A stretch of 63,761 bases of DNA, filler included, from Octopus bimaculoides (taxonomy: Eukaryota): the NCBI RefSeq assembly GCF_001194135.2. It is 3 parts of 3 records of this genome, joined end to end, with 100 filler letters (N's around TTAATTAATTAA, not from the genome) between each part and the next. Parts side by side here need not be neighbours in the genome. Positions count along the whole stretch, not along the records: positions 1 to 27,521 come from NC_069009.1; 2 more parts are not named here. One strand, 5' to 3'. The translations under genes and the position numbers were made by a program. The notes below the pieces were generated by a model. That model worked only from the letters and a program-made list of their open reading frames with translations. It was not told the DNA's origin and did not search any database. Shown piece after piece: positions 10,780-23,005 of the stretch (position 1 is the first letter of the stretch; each line of letters begins with the position of its first letter).

Positions 10780-13700
10780 AGATATCATACTCCCATACCC
10801 ACAGTTTACACAGGTAGAGTAGAATAGTTAGTGGGCTGTTATGTAGATAGATGTGTGTGTATGTATATATGTGTATGTATATGCACATATATGGATATGA
10901 AAGTAAACAGATAGGTACATACGTTATATGAACAAAGAAGAACACATACACAAATGAAGACTCAAACACACGACCATATACACATGCACACACACTTTAT
11001 TTCACACAAGGATAAATATGGGACAGACGTCCATATATATGGAGATACACATCCATATATACAAACACAGTGCATAGTTGCAAAAAACCCGCACACACAC
11101 ACAAGGAGACATATGTACAGACACACACATCATCATCATCGTTTAACGTCCGCTTTCCATGCTAGCATGGGTTGGACAATTTGACTGAGGACTGGTGAAC
11201 CAGATGGCTACACCAGGCTCCAATCTAATTTGGCAGAGTTTCTACAGCTGGATGCCCTTCCTAACACCAACCACTCTGAGAGTGTAGTGGGTGCTTTTAC
11301 GTGCCACCGGCAAGAAGGCCAGTCAGGCGGTACTGGCAACGGCCACGCTCNNNNNNNNNNNNNNNNNNNNNNNNNNNNNNNNNNNNNNNNNNNNNNNNNN
11401 NNNNNNNNNNNNNNNNNNNNNNNNNNNNNNNNNNNNNNNNNNNNNNNNNNNNNNNNNNNNNNNNNNNNNNNNNNNNNNNNNNNNNNNNNNNNNNNNNNNN
11501 NNNNNNNNNNNNNNNNNNNNNNNNNNNNNNNNNNNNNNNNNNNNNNNNNNNNNNNNNNNNNNNNNNNNNNNNNNNNNNNNNNNNNNNNNNNNNNNNNNNN
11601 NNNNNNNNNNNNNNNNNNNNNNNNNNNNNNNNNNNNNNNNNNNNNNNNNNNNNNNNNNNNNNNNNNNNNNNNNNNNNNNNNNNNNNNNNNNNNNNNNNNN
11701 NNNNNNNNNNNNNNNNNNNNNNNGCTTCACCACCTCATCCCAGGTCTTCCTGGGCCTACCTCTTCCACAGGTTCCCTCAACTGCTAGGGTGTGGCACTTT
11801 TTCACACAGCTATCCTCATCCATTCTCGCCACATGACCATACCAGCGCAATCGTCTCTCTTGCACACCACAACTGATGCTTCTTAGGTTCAACTTTTCTC
11901 TCAAGGTACTTACACTCTGTCGGGTATGCACACTGACATTACACATCCATCGGAGCATACTGGCTTCATTCCTTGCGAGCCTACGCATGTCTTCAGCAGT
12001 CACGGCCCATGTTTCACTGCCATGAACCATGGCTGTTCGTACACATGCGCCATACAGTCTACCTTTTACTCTGAGAGAGAGACCCTTTGTCACCAGCTCT
12101 CTCAACTTTGCCCAGGCTATTCTTATTCTAGCAGCTACACTTTCAGCGCACCCTCCCCCACAACTAACTTGGTCACCTTGATAGCGGAAGCTATCAACTA
12201 GTCTAGCTTTTCTCCCTGGAATGTGGCAGAAGTTGTTTTCTGCATATTTAGTGTTTATTGCTCCTGAACATCTGCTACATACAAAAACTAACATCCTAGT
12301 TAACCTTCCTATGATATTGCTGCACCTGTTATGTGTCCATAGCTTGCAATGGGTGCATCTTATAGAGTTTCTACCTACGCCTTTTCTACAGATCGAGCAG
12401 GGCCATCTACCTGAAGGGGTTTGTGTTTTTTCTACCTTCCTACTTATTAGTACTTTGGTTTTAGCTAGGTTTACTCTAAGGCCCCTCGATTCTAGTCCTT
12501 GCTTCCACACCTGAAACTTCTCCTCTAGTTCTTATAGTGACTCAGCAATTAGTGCAAGGTCATCAGCATAGAGGAGCTCCCAGGGGCATGCTGTCTTGAA
12601 TTCCTCTGTTATAGCCTAGAGGACTATTATAAATAGGAGGGCTCTGAGGACAGAACCTTAGTGGACCCCTACCTCTACCCGGAATTCTTCACTGTACTCA
12701 TTGCCAACCCTCACTAACCATTCATCTACCCCTAGTTTCCTCATTGACCACCAGATGAGGGATTGGGCGACCCTGTCAAAGGCTTTCTCCATGTCAATGA
12801 AAGCCATGTACAGAGGTTTATCCTTGGCTAGGTATTTCTCCTGAAGCTGTCTTACCAGAAATATAGCATCAATGGTGCTTTCCCAGGTACGAACCCAAAC
12901 TGCATCTCATCTAAACTGACTCGCTCCCTAATTAGTTGGGCTATGACCCTCTCCGTGACTTTCATTACCTGATCTAACAACTTGATACCTCTGTAATTAT
13001 TTGTATCTAAAGCATCACCTTTACCTTTGTAGCAGTTGACTATGGTGCTGCTACACCAGTCATTGGGTATGACTCCTTCGTGTATCACCTGGTTAACAAT
13101 ACGGGTGACTAGGCTATAGCCAACACTGCCAGATATTTTGAGCATCTCTGCCATGATTCCTGATGGGCCGGAAGCATTCCCAGTCTTCATATTCTTAATT
13201 GCTTTATCTACCATGGTACTGTCAACTCGGATAGCTGGTCCCTCTGTTGGGTCGACATTCGGCAGACTCTCTTTCTCCCATTCATTCTCTTTATTGAGCA
13301 ATCTTTCGTAGTGGCGTCTCCAAACCACTTTCTTTGCAGCCTCGTTTAGTGCAAGCGTACCATCATCGATGCGAACACATCCTGATTCTCTCTCACACAC
13401 TGTCTTGCAACACGAAATACTCAAGTCTTTGTTCCTCACGGCACAGAACATTAGCAAATTTCTTCTTATCTGCTTCCCCCCTGGCTAAATAAACCTGTCG
13501 CCTAGCTTCCCTTCTGGCAGTCTGATACAATTCCCTGCTACCACCGTTCTTCCAGTCTTTCCAAGCCTGTTTCTTTTGTCTAATAGCCCTGTTCTTCCAG
13601 TCCATCCAAGCATTCTTGAAAACACACAAACACACACACGGAAGCATTTGAATACGCAGAATACATACATACAACTTACACACAAAGATACATATACACA

Positions 13701-13932
13701 TATGCACACACATACATGCATATGCACACATGCATGCATACATATACACTTGTGTATGCACACACACACACACAGTGATGCACACAGATGCGCACAAACA
13801 AAAGAAGCGCAGTGTGAATAATGGACAGAGTCAACAACTGAGAAATATAAAGGAAACGGGTGGAAATTTTACCGGTGTGTGTGTTAAATTATAAGGCACT
13901 AAAAGAAAATGACTCTCTCCAGACACAACAGA

Positions 13933-13936
<4 letters not shown>
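10780..13936 (+). mobile_element. CA-rich dispersed element (10780-11128 plus 13621-13936) split by an RTE insertion; uninterrupted homologue at 40835-41575 (-)
   Basis: Both halves are colinear with the reverse complement of 40835-41575 (gtagaatagttagt.ggctgttatgta; aaggagaca; gcagaata; ataatggaca.agtcaacaact; aatgactct..ccagacacaa). Confidence 0.8.
11129..13620 (-). mobile_element. 5'-truncated RTE-clade LINE (RT, PHD-like finger, 3'UTR, (GAT)n tail)
   Basis: RT motifs YKGKGDALD..NYRGIKLL, QFGFVPGK, DKPLY.AF.DMEKAFD, LLYADD, FRY.G, GSETW, RRLRWYGHV. Ends in acgttaaacgatgatgatg. Confidence 0.95.
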
Positions 13937-13970
<34 letters not shown>

Positions 13971-14029
13971 ATACACACACACTTGAAAGCTTGCTGTTTG
14001 TATTTATGTGTGTGTTTGTATATGTGTGT

Positions 14030-14362
14030 GAGATCTCTTTCATTTGTTTCACTCATTTTAGTGTGGCCATGTTGGAGTGATTCATAAAAGGGTTTTAGAT
14101 GAGGAATGAGGAAATCGAGCCCAAAACTTATTCTTTGTAAACCTATTAGTTATTCTATGTTTCCCTTGCAGAAACGGAAAGTTACATATACACACTAACA
14201 TCGGTCGTCAAGCGATGGTGGCGGGACAAACACAGATACAAAGACACACACACATAAATATATACATATATACATGATGGGCTCCTTTCAGTTTCCGCCG
14301 ATAAAACCCACTCACAGGGCTTTGGTCGACCAGTGGCTATAGTAGAAGACACTTGCTCAAGG
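14030..14362 (-). mobile_element. SINE family A (CORE-like body and 3' part), with a further head fragment at 14590-14752 (-)
   Basis: Matches the reverse complement of the full copy at 18735-19135 (gcaagtgtcttctactatagcc..ccaaagcc.tgtgagtgg; ccaccatcgcttgac..ccgatg). Confidence 0.85.
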
Positions 14363-16133
14363 AGTATAGATGGCTGGTTGGATGGGTGCACATAAGCTAG
14401 CAGTTCTGCAAAAGAGAATTAAAGAATAAGTAGCAGGCTTCAAATGCGAACAGGATTCACTTCCACTGAATAAAACTTCAAAATATATGTGTGTGTGTGT
14501 GTACTTATATGCATATATATATGTGTGTGTGTGTGTCTATATATATCCCCCTCTCTCTCTTTCGGAGAGAGGCACAAGCACATACACAAACATTTACACA
14601 CACGGCAGTAACTTCCGCCTACCAAATTCAATCACAAAGCTTCGGTCGGCTCGGGGCTATAGCAGAAGACACTTGTCCAAGGTGCCACGTGGTGGGACTG
14701 AACCCGAACCATGTAGTTGGGAAGCAAGCTTCCTAACCACACAGCCATGCCCAGTACGATTGTTTCAGTCAACTCCATTTAATTGAACAATGCAATCATT
14801 ACATCAATTTAAAATACAGAGCAATCCTCAGCTGCACAAAGACATAGAATTTATTGAAATTAGAACAGATGGACCCATTAGTATAATTATACCTAAAATG
14901 TCCAAGAAGTTAAAGAGATAGACAAAGAACATGCTGTGTTCCCTCCAACATAGAAGCTCCTAAGGTATTGAGAAGATATACATTGTTACACAATCTGCCT
15001 GTCACTGAGTTTTTGTTTTTTATGGGGTCAGTTTTAATTTATAGACTAGTTTATCAAATCCTTGTATATCAAAGGCTGAGAGAATAAAGCGCAGTATCTG
15101 TTAGTGGTAGGGCTGAGGAAGCAGACAGAAATCATAGTTGGTATAGTCATAAAATCAAGATTCATTCGAAGCACTATCATGANNNNNNNNNNGGTATAGT
15201 CATAAAATCAAGATTCATTCGAAGCACTATCATGAGTTTTGTTAGAGGAGAACTTAAAACAAGATGTTAGCTGACAACTAAGGGGGTCACCCACTAGCAG
15301 ACCATTGATAATGAAACAGGGGAAGTCTTATCATGTAGTACTATAGTTAAATATTTTAAATCAATGTTGCTATATTGTATACAGTTAAAGTTTAGGGTTA
15401 TTCACAGGGTTATCAAGAAGAATATTTTAACAAAAGATAGAAATTCATGAATACTTTTGAGTATATACCAAACTTTTACCACAATGGAGGGAGAAAAAGA
15501 AGTTATCCAGAAATAGTTTAATATCTATACAAATTATACAGTTAAATATCTGTGAATATTGATTAATTGGTATATGCTGATATTAATAAAGGAGCATTGA
15601 GGTAAAGAACATGCGAATTATATATTAATAAAATTATAACCTAAGCAGTTTTTTTATAAGTAGTGAATATACCAGTATAGTCTTATATAAGCTAAGTAAG
15701 AATTTATAGAGGTACAAAAAAATTAGATTAATTTTATAAACATGTTAACTACATACTAATTTAATTAAATTGAATTACTTTAAGTTGTGGAGATACCGGT
15801 ATTGCCTTATATAAGATGAGTATGAATTAATAGGGGTAGATTTATTTAAGGCTACTATAAAATAATAATAATAATAATAATAGGTATAATTATACTAATG
15901 TATCCATCTGTCCTAACTTAATTAAATTCTATATCTTTGTGCAGGTAAGGATTGCTCTGTATTTCAAATTGATGTAATGATTGCATTGTTCAATTAAATG
16001 GAGTTGAATGAAACGATTGTACTGCATTACTGCTGGATATCCTTGTTGCTTATTTTGAAATTGTATGGATTATACCGTACTAAATTCTGGTGCCTCAACT
16101 TAAGTACCATATTCATCTGAATCTAAATTTTTG

Positions 16134-16171
<38 letters not shown>

Positions 16172-16714
16172 TTATACATACACACATATATACAATTGTA
16201 TTTGGAGCCTAGTACTTTTTCTGTTGGACTCATTTACCGAACCGCTTAGTTACAGGGACGTAAACATACTAACACTGGTGCTCATTTGGTGATGAGAGTA
16301 CAAGCACATACACACACATAGATATGTACATATGATCATCATCGTCATCGTTTCACTGGCATCGTCCACCCTGACATGGTGCTTTTTACGTGCCACCACT
16401 TACGGAGCTAGGCAGGCGGTACTGGCATCAGCTACTTGCAAATGGTGTTTATTTCAGTTCCCGTCAACCAAATCCATTCACAAGGATTTGGTCAGCCTAA
16501 ACTATAGTAGAAGATAACTTACACAAGGTGCCACACAACAGGACTGAACCCGGAACTACGTGGTTGGGAAGCAAGCTCCTTAACACTCAGCGAAGCCTAG
16601 GCTCGACCCAGTCACGCTTGCGATTTATATGTATGATGTGTGTGTGTACATGTGTGGATATATGTATGAATGCATGCTTGCAAATATTTATGTATGTAGT
16701 CTATTAGTCTATTA

Positions 16715-17362
16715 TTCGTGACCTCCTTTATGCAGACGACTGTGACTTAGTCACTGATACAGTGGATGACATGCAAATACTCATGAACTGCATTTCTGCT
16801 TCTTGCAAGGCATTTGGACTTAGCATTAGCCTGCACCAGGAAATTCATATGTGAAACCAGCTATCTTGGTTGAAGGAACAATTCTGAAGGTAGTAGACAA
16901 GTTTGTCTACCTGGGCAGCACACTCAGCCGTTCTTGCTACCTGGATGAGGAAATATCTTTCCGGTTGCAGAGAGCAACTAATTCTTTCCGGTCTCTTCAG
17001 TCTCGTGTCTGGTTCCAGCATGTCATTGCAAGGCAAACAAAAGTTGCTGTGTACTGTGCATGTGTACTGACATCGCTCCTCATCTCATGTGAGACATGGA
17101 CTCTGTACAAACGTCAGGTAAGAGTCCTTGAACACTTTCACCAGAGATGTCTCAGACACATTCTCAATGTTGGCTGGACCTCAAAAACTCCAGACACACA
17201 GGTCCTGAGGACAGCTGATATCTTGAGTATTGAGGCAATGGTGCACAAGTAGCGGTTACGTTGGACTGGACACCTTATTAGAATGAAGGATAGCAGGATT
17301 CCTAAGCAGATGCTATATGGAGAACTTGTGAATGGAAGGAGACTCCGGCAGAAACCAACGCC
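16715..17362 (+). mobile_element. BovB-like RTE LINE fragment (RT C-terminal half, no PHD insert)
   Basis: LLYADDC, FGLSISL, VDKFVYLGSTLS, SCETW, FHQRCLRHIL, RLRWTGHLIRM.DSRIPKQMLYGEL. Confidence 0.92.
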
Positions 17363-17994
17363 ACTGATGGAAGAAGCAGGTTAAGTAGGGGATCGACACT
17401 TTTGAGACAGCACGTGTCCAGAATGAAGAACTTAAGCGAGCTAGCGCACATTATTCCTGAAGGTCAGCAATGGTCTTCCTCAGTCACGAGTGGATGGCCA
17501 GTATGTATGCATGTATGTATGCATATATGCATGCATGTATGTATGTAAGCAAGCTAGCAGTTCTGCAAAAGAGAAACAGAATAATTAGTGGACTTCAGAC
17601 ACAACCAGGATTAACTTTCATTGAGTAAAACATTTCAAATTGGTGCCACAACAAGCTGGGAGGCAACAGACTCAAACAATTGAGAGAATAAAATGTTATC
17701 ATCATTATCATCCTCATCACCGTCGTCGTCATCGTCGTCATCATCATCATCATTTATGTAACGTCCATCAATTCACAAATATATGTTTTGAACGGTTTTC
17801 ATTGGTCCGATATTCTACACACGGATGCCTTTCCTGTTGCCAACTCTAACCTCTTTCCAAGACGGATATTATTTTTTTAAACAGAAGGATAATGATGAAT
17901 CCCATGGGTTGTCTGATTGTGGCGCTGGTTTACAATTGTTGAAAGATGAAAAGATAAGCAAAACAATAAAAATATACATGTATATACACATAAT

Positions 17995-18032
<38 letters not shown>

Positions 18033-18734
18033 TATAGGTGTGTACTTTTATATGTATACAAGCACTCATACACACCGGAAAAGATGTCCAGTAGAATATG
18101 TCTGGAAGACATACTGAGTGGAGTCAGTGCTTTTTACCTGTCACCAACACAGGTGAGGTTGGTTTTGACACAAATTTTAGAGTTGGTTGCCTTCCAAATG
18201 CCAACCACTTTACAGTTCAGAGTGGATGCGTTTTATGTGGCACCAGCACTGGAGGGGGTCACCAAGTAACTTGCAAGACAAGGAATTTTGATAGGGACAG
18301 GGGCATCTGAGGAGGGGACTTGTGTCAGAAGATGAAAATAAAGAGTGTGACAGAGAGACAGAAAAAAGAGTCTTGCTATAAGGGAGGGGGCATTGGAGGA
18401 GGTGATCCAGTGTAAAATGATAGAAAGTTAGAACATGACAGAGACATAGACATAGGCAGAAACAAGTGGTTTGCTACAGAGGAGGTACATGGTTACTCAG
18501 CAAGAAAGAGAAGAGAAAGAGAGGAAGAGGAAGGGAGAGGGAAAGAGAGATAGAACAGAAACAGGTACGCTGAAGTGAGGGAGGGATTGATCCACATGGT
18601 AGGCAGAAACAGATATGTTCTGTAGAGGAGATAGATGGGCACGGAAACAGGGGGGGTGAGCAATGGAAAAAGAGAGATTGGTAAACATCAAAGGAGCAAA
18701 AGAGAGAAAAGAAGAGATGGTGAAGTACCAGGTG

Positions 18735-19135
18735 CAGGAGTGGCTGTGTGGTAAGCAGCTTGCTTACCAGCCACATGGTTCCGGGTTCAGTCCCACTGCG
18801 TGGCACCTTGGACAAGTGTCTTCTACTATTGCCTTGGGCCGACCAAAGCCTTGTGAGTGGATTTCGTAGATGGAAACTGAAAGGAGCCTGTCGTATATAT
18901 ATATATATATATGTATGTATGTGTGTTTGTCCCCCCACCATTGCTTGACAACCGATGCTGGTGTGTTTACGTCCCCGTAACTTAGTGGTTTGGCAAAAAG
19001 AGACCGATAGAATAAGTACTAGGCTTACAAAGAATAAGTCCTGGGGTCGATTTGCTCGACTAAAGGCGATGCTCCAGCATGGCCGCAGTCAAATGACTGA
19101 AACAAGTAAAAGAGTAAAGAGTAAAGTAAAGAGAG
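18735..19135 (+). mobile_element. Full-length tRNA-derived SINE family A with CORE-like segment and internal microsatellite
   Basis: A-box TGGCTGTGTGG, B-box GGTTCAGTCCC, then gcaccttggacaagtg (CORE-like), central (AT)/(GT), and an AAGAGTAA-repeat tail. More than 10 partial copies in the window (e.g. 16440-16600, 21685-21835, 21842-21997, 46555-46820, 51905-52050). Confidence 0.9.
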
Positions 19136-20189
19136 TATACTCACAAGTAACAAGGATCCGAGCAAAGGTGTGATGGTAGAGGAAAAGAAAATAGGTATGG
19201 AGGCCATAATATACAAGAAGGGGCAAGTAGGGTGTGGTGATTGCAGTAACTGACAATAACTTGGGTATAAAAATGGACTGGGGGAAAGCAGAGATACAGT
19301 GAGGCTAGAGAAGGGGATTGTTTGGAGGGAATATAGTTCAGCTTCTTGGAGTACAGTGTGAGAAAAGTTTGTAAAATGCAAGGTAAGCATTTACTTCTAT
19401 GTTGTAAAGAAGTGAAAGTAAATTTCCGAGAAGAAATTGCCAAACACGAAAATAAACAGTTGGTTTGATTTTGACAGATATGATAACTCCCCACCCCAAA
19501 AAATTTCAGTTCCATTATAATCGGAATCATGAATATCTACAGAAGTATGCCCTCCACTACTGAATTTGTTTCCTTATAACTTTCAGAAAATATATTTTTT
19601 TAATGAAATTTTCTGCAAATACAGAGAAAACTGGGTATGTTTCCATCAGATACTGTTAAGACTCCCAATAAAATGTTAAACCAATTTATTTCGGTAAAGT
19701 ATAAAAGTTTCAAACCAGAGAATTTGCCTCGAATAGATAGTTCTGTGCTTGTTTACATGTTACACCTTCCTTCATGTATGCCTGCTAGACTCCTTCTCTC
19801 TCCAGATCTTCACAGGTAACCGCGAGGCTTACTCGAGAGTTTGGTATTCATTAAATAACATTACTAACACAAACCTCAAATTTCATCACTGGTATAACAT
19901 TAAAATGAAAGAAAATAAAGAACGATTTTAGCCCTACAGTATTTGGATCCCATCAAATCTAATACTTATTTATTCAAAACGTTTTGAATAAATTATGCAT
20001 GATATCATAGCTTCAAGATTTTAATGATGCGAGTGTTAATTTTTAGAATGACACTGTAAGATAGGTGTGAGAGGCTGGATCTAGCTGGTTTGAACCTAAA
20101 TCAGGTTGAGTATTTGGGTTTGATATGAAAGCGTTAGGGTAGAAATTGGTAATTAATGCAATTATCACGATTATATCAGGATCGTTTTA

Positions 20190-20706
20190 TCTTTTACTTG
20201 TTTCATTCACAGTTTGCGGCCATGCTGGAGTACCGCTCTGAAGAATTTTAGCCAAATGAATCGATGCCAGCAATTTCTTTTTAAAGCCTGGTACTTATCC
20301 TATCGAACTCTTTTGCTGAACTGTTAAGTTACGGGAATGTAAATGAACCAACACCTGGTGTGAAGTAATGGTGGGTGAACAAACATACATATAAATATGT
20401 ATATATATATATAGATATATGTATGCATGTATACACACACGCACACACACACACACATATATATTTATATATATGCACACAGGGTGTGTATATATATACC
20501 TCCCACATTTTAAACTTTCACCTATGTGTTGCTAATGAAATTATGCAAGTGCCAATGATATTTTCATTTAGCTAAAATTAATTTTTCATAAATGTTGTTT
20601 CTTTTTCGTTTTGTCAACCTTTCAAATGTGGGAGGTATTTCTAGCACACCCTGTATATAATATATATATATATATCTGTGTGTGTGTGTGTGCGTGTGTG
20701 TGTGTG

Positions 20707-20745
<39 letters not shown>

Positions 20746-20870
20746 TGGATTTCTTTCAGTTTCCGTCTACCGAATTCACTCACCAGGTTTTAGTTACCCT
20801 GAGGCTATAGTAGGAGACACTTACCCATAGTGTCACCCATGGGAAATGAACTGAAAACCATGTCGTTGAT
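20190..20870 (-). mobile_element. SINE family A copy (tail 20190-20380, head 20745-20870) whose central microsatellite hosts a MITE
   Basis: Both ends match the reverse complement of 18735-19135 in the correct order. Confidence 0.7.
20480..20653. mobile_element. 174-bp Tc1/mariner-type MITE
   Basis: TIRs cagggtgtg.....atacctcccacattt and aaatgtgggaggtatt.....cacaccctg; TA on the right flank. Confidence 0.8.
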
Positions 20871-20935
20871 AACTATATAGAGACAGACAGACAGAGAGAC
20901 AGATAGATAGACAGTTATATACATATGTATATATA

Positions 20936-21430
20936 CTAGTGGGCTTCCCAGCCTGGTCTGTACGTCTTTGAAATGTATTCATAAGGCACATATTGGCATC
21001 TACCGTGATACCCATTTTCCTTACAGTAAAATTTGTTAAAAAGTATTTAAATATTGCATAAGATGATTTTACAAATTTATTTCTAATATCTTAATACAGA
21101 AACTAATATAGATAATAATAGAGAAATGTATAGTATGAAAATTTACAGAACTCTGTATATACAATGTTTTCAATTGTAGTCTTTGGAGCATATATGAATA
21201 GTTTCTGTGGACTTCCTACTCTGTAACAAGCTATCTACAACTGACTGTGTGAAAAAAACAGCACTCTTCTAGATGGAGACCAGCAGTGTTTTACCTTGGG
21301 CCTTGTTAATGGTCAATGCATAACTGACGCTCACTGAGAATTGCAATCGTGCGAAACAAAAGGGATATCTATTGGGACTCTAGGTATAAATATAAAGTTT
21401 CCTTTATCACATCGAGTGAGGATGTTTGCT
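20936..21430 (-). mobile_element. Helitron 3' fragment: PIF1-like helicase C-terminus and CTAG terminus
   Basis: FIPRVPIDIPF..RLQFSV...YALTINKAQGKTL....VFSHSQL*IACYRVGSPQKLFIYAP..IENIVY. Ends in hairpin ggct-ggga-agcc and CTAG|T within an AT tract. Confidence 0.88.
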
Positions 21431-22401
21431 CTGATAATAGTCAAATTAATTTAAATGACACCAAAACCTGAAATATTATCAATTTTATTTAGTGTTTTCA
21501 GAAGTCAATGTACAAACAAACCTTGCTCTTTAAAAAGATATATATATATATATTCTCTCTCTTTCCTTCCCCGAGCGTCTAGTAACACAATCTGTATCAC
21601 GTCCTCACGTTGTTGTTTTTTGTTATTGTTTTTTGTCCTTTTTCCTTTTTTTGAACTTATATATGTATATATATGGAATGAACTTATTTCAGTTTCCGTC
21701 TAACAAATCTACTCACAAGGCTTTGGTTAGCCCGAGGCTAGAGAAGAAAACACTTGCCCAAGGTGCCCCTCAGTGGGAATGAACTGAGAACCATGTGGTT
21801 GGGAAGCAAGTATCTTAGCACACAGCCACGCCTGAGCCTGACAGGCTTCTTTCAGTTTTCGTCTATCAAATCCACTTATAAGTCTTCTGTCGGTCTGAGG
21901 TTATAGTAAAAGACCCTTGCCCGAGGTGTCTCCCAGTGGGTCTGATCCAAGAACCATATGGTTGGGAAGGAAGCGTCTTACCACACAGCCATGCCTGTGA
22001 AAGAAAAACAAACAGAATGACTAAGGGCCATACATACATATACAATTTCAAGTTTCATTTTTTGATATACGTGTGATGTGTGTCAGTGTGTGTGTGTGAG
22101 TCCCCGCGAACATTTTTTTTTCATTATGAATTCTGATATAATCGTAATCTACACACTTGGAAAGGGTTTTGTAGCAAGTTTCATAAGGAAAAGAGCAAAG
22201 TCTCGAATTAGGATACCCAGATAATTTGAATTTTCTCTGTTTTAACGAGGATTTTTCAGTTTTTCTCAGCCTTCGAAATGATGGGAGACAACGTTTTTGT
22301 TTTCTTCAAAAATCTATGATTATTTTTTACACATCAGGTTTATTTTTTCTTCTGCACTTAAAATACATGGAAAATGCTTCTTTATCATCATCAGTAAGCT
22401 A

Positions 22402-23005
22402 CTACTAAAGAAGAGTGGTCCCCAACGCGCACCCGCGCAAGCTAGTCGTGAGTAGTCGATCCTACAAGTGCGCGCATGCGCGTATGCAAATGAATGCATG
22501 TGCGCGTGTGTGCCTATGCAAATTAGTACTGCGCGCGTGCGCGCTCTTTTGCGGCTGAAATGGCTGAATATATATCAAAAATACCTTTTTTTTGTAAACA
22601 AATATAATTAAACAATAATTTTTCTTTTATACAAAGTAAATAGTCTTTTTTTTAAATTAAGTTTTTTTCTAAACAAGGTAAATAAAAAAAAAAAAATCGA
22701 CACTATACCTGTTTTTGTTAACTTCAAACAACGTAAATAAATAAATTTTTAAAAAATCGAATAAAAATAACACACTACCTGTTTTTCTTAACTTCATACA
22801 TTTCAAATTCAACTGTCAAGAACGCTAAAAAAGAATATTTACTTTGTTTAATTATTATATTTGTTTACAAACAAAAAAGTATTTTTGATATATATTTGCA
22901 TAGGCACGCACGCGCACATGTATTCATTTGCATACGCCCTTGTAGGATCAACTACTCGCAACTAGCTAGCGCGGACGCGCGACGGGGACCACTCTTCTTT
23001 AGTAG
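22402..23005. mobile_element. About 600-bp MITE with long CpG-rich TIRs and TA target duplication
   Basis: Termini ctactaaagaagagtggtcccc and ggggaccactcttctttagtag, with TA outside each. Arms pair over about 160-210 bp; the left arm has an extra block of about 50 bp. Confidence 0.9.

Noticed and set aside
15155-15235. Exact direct repeats flanking short gaps (also 44270-44420 and 49678-49985)
   Set aside because: Typical of unmerged overlapping contig ends.
15000-15500. Minus-strand INGLLVGDPLS resembling a Penelope RT motif
   Set aside because: Single motif with no YxDD or other support.
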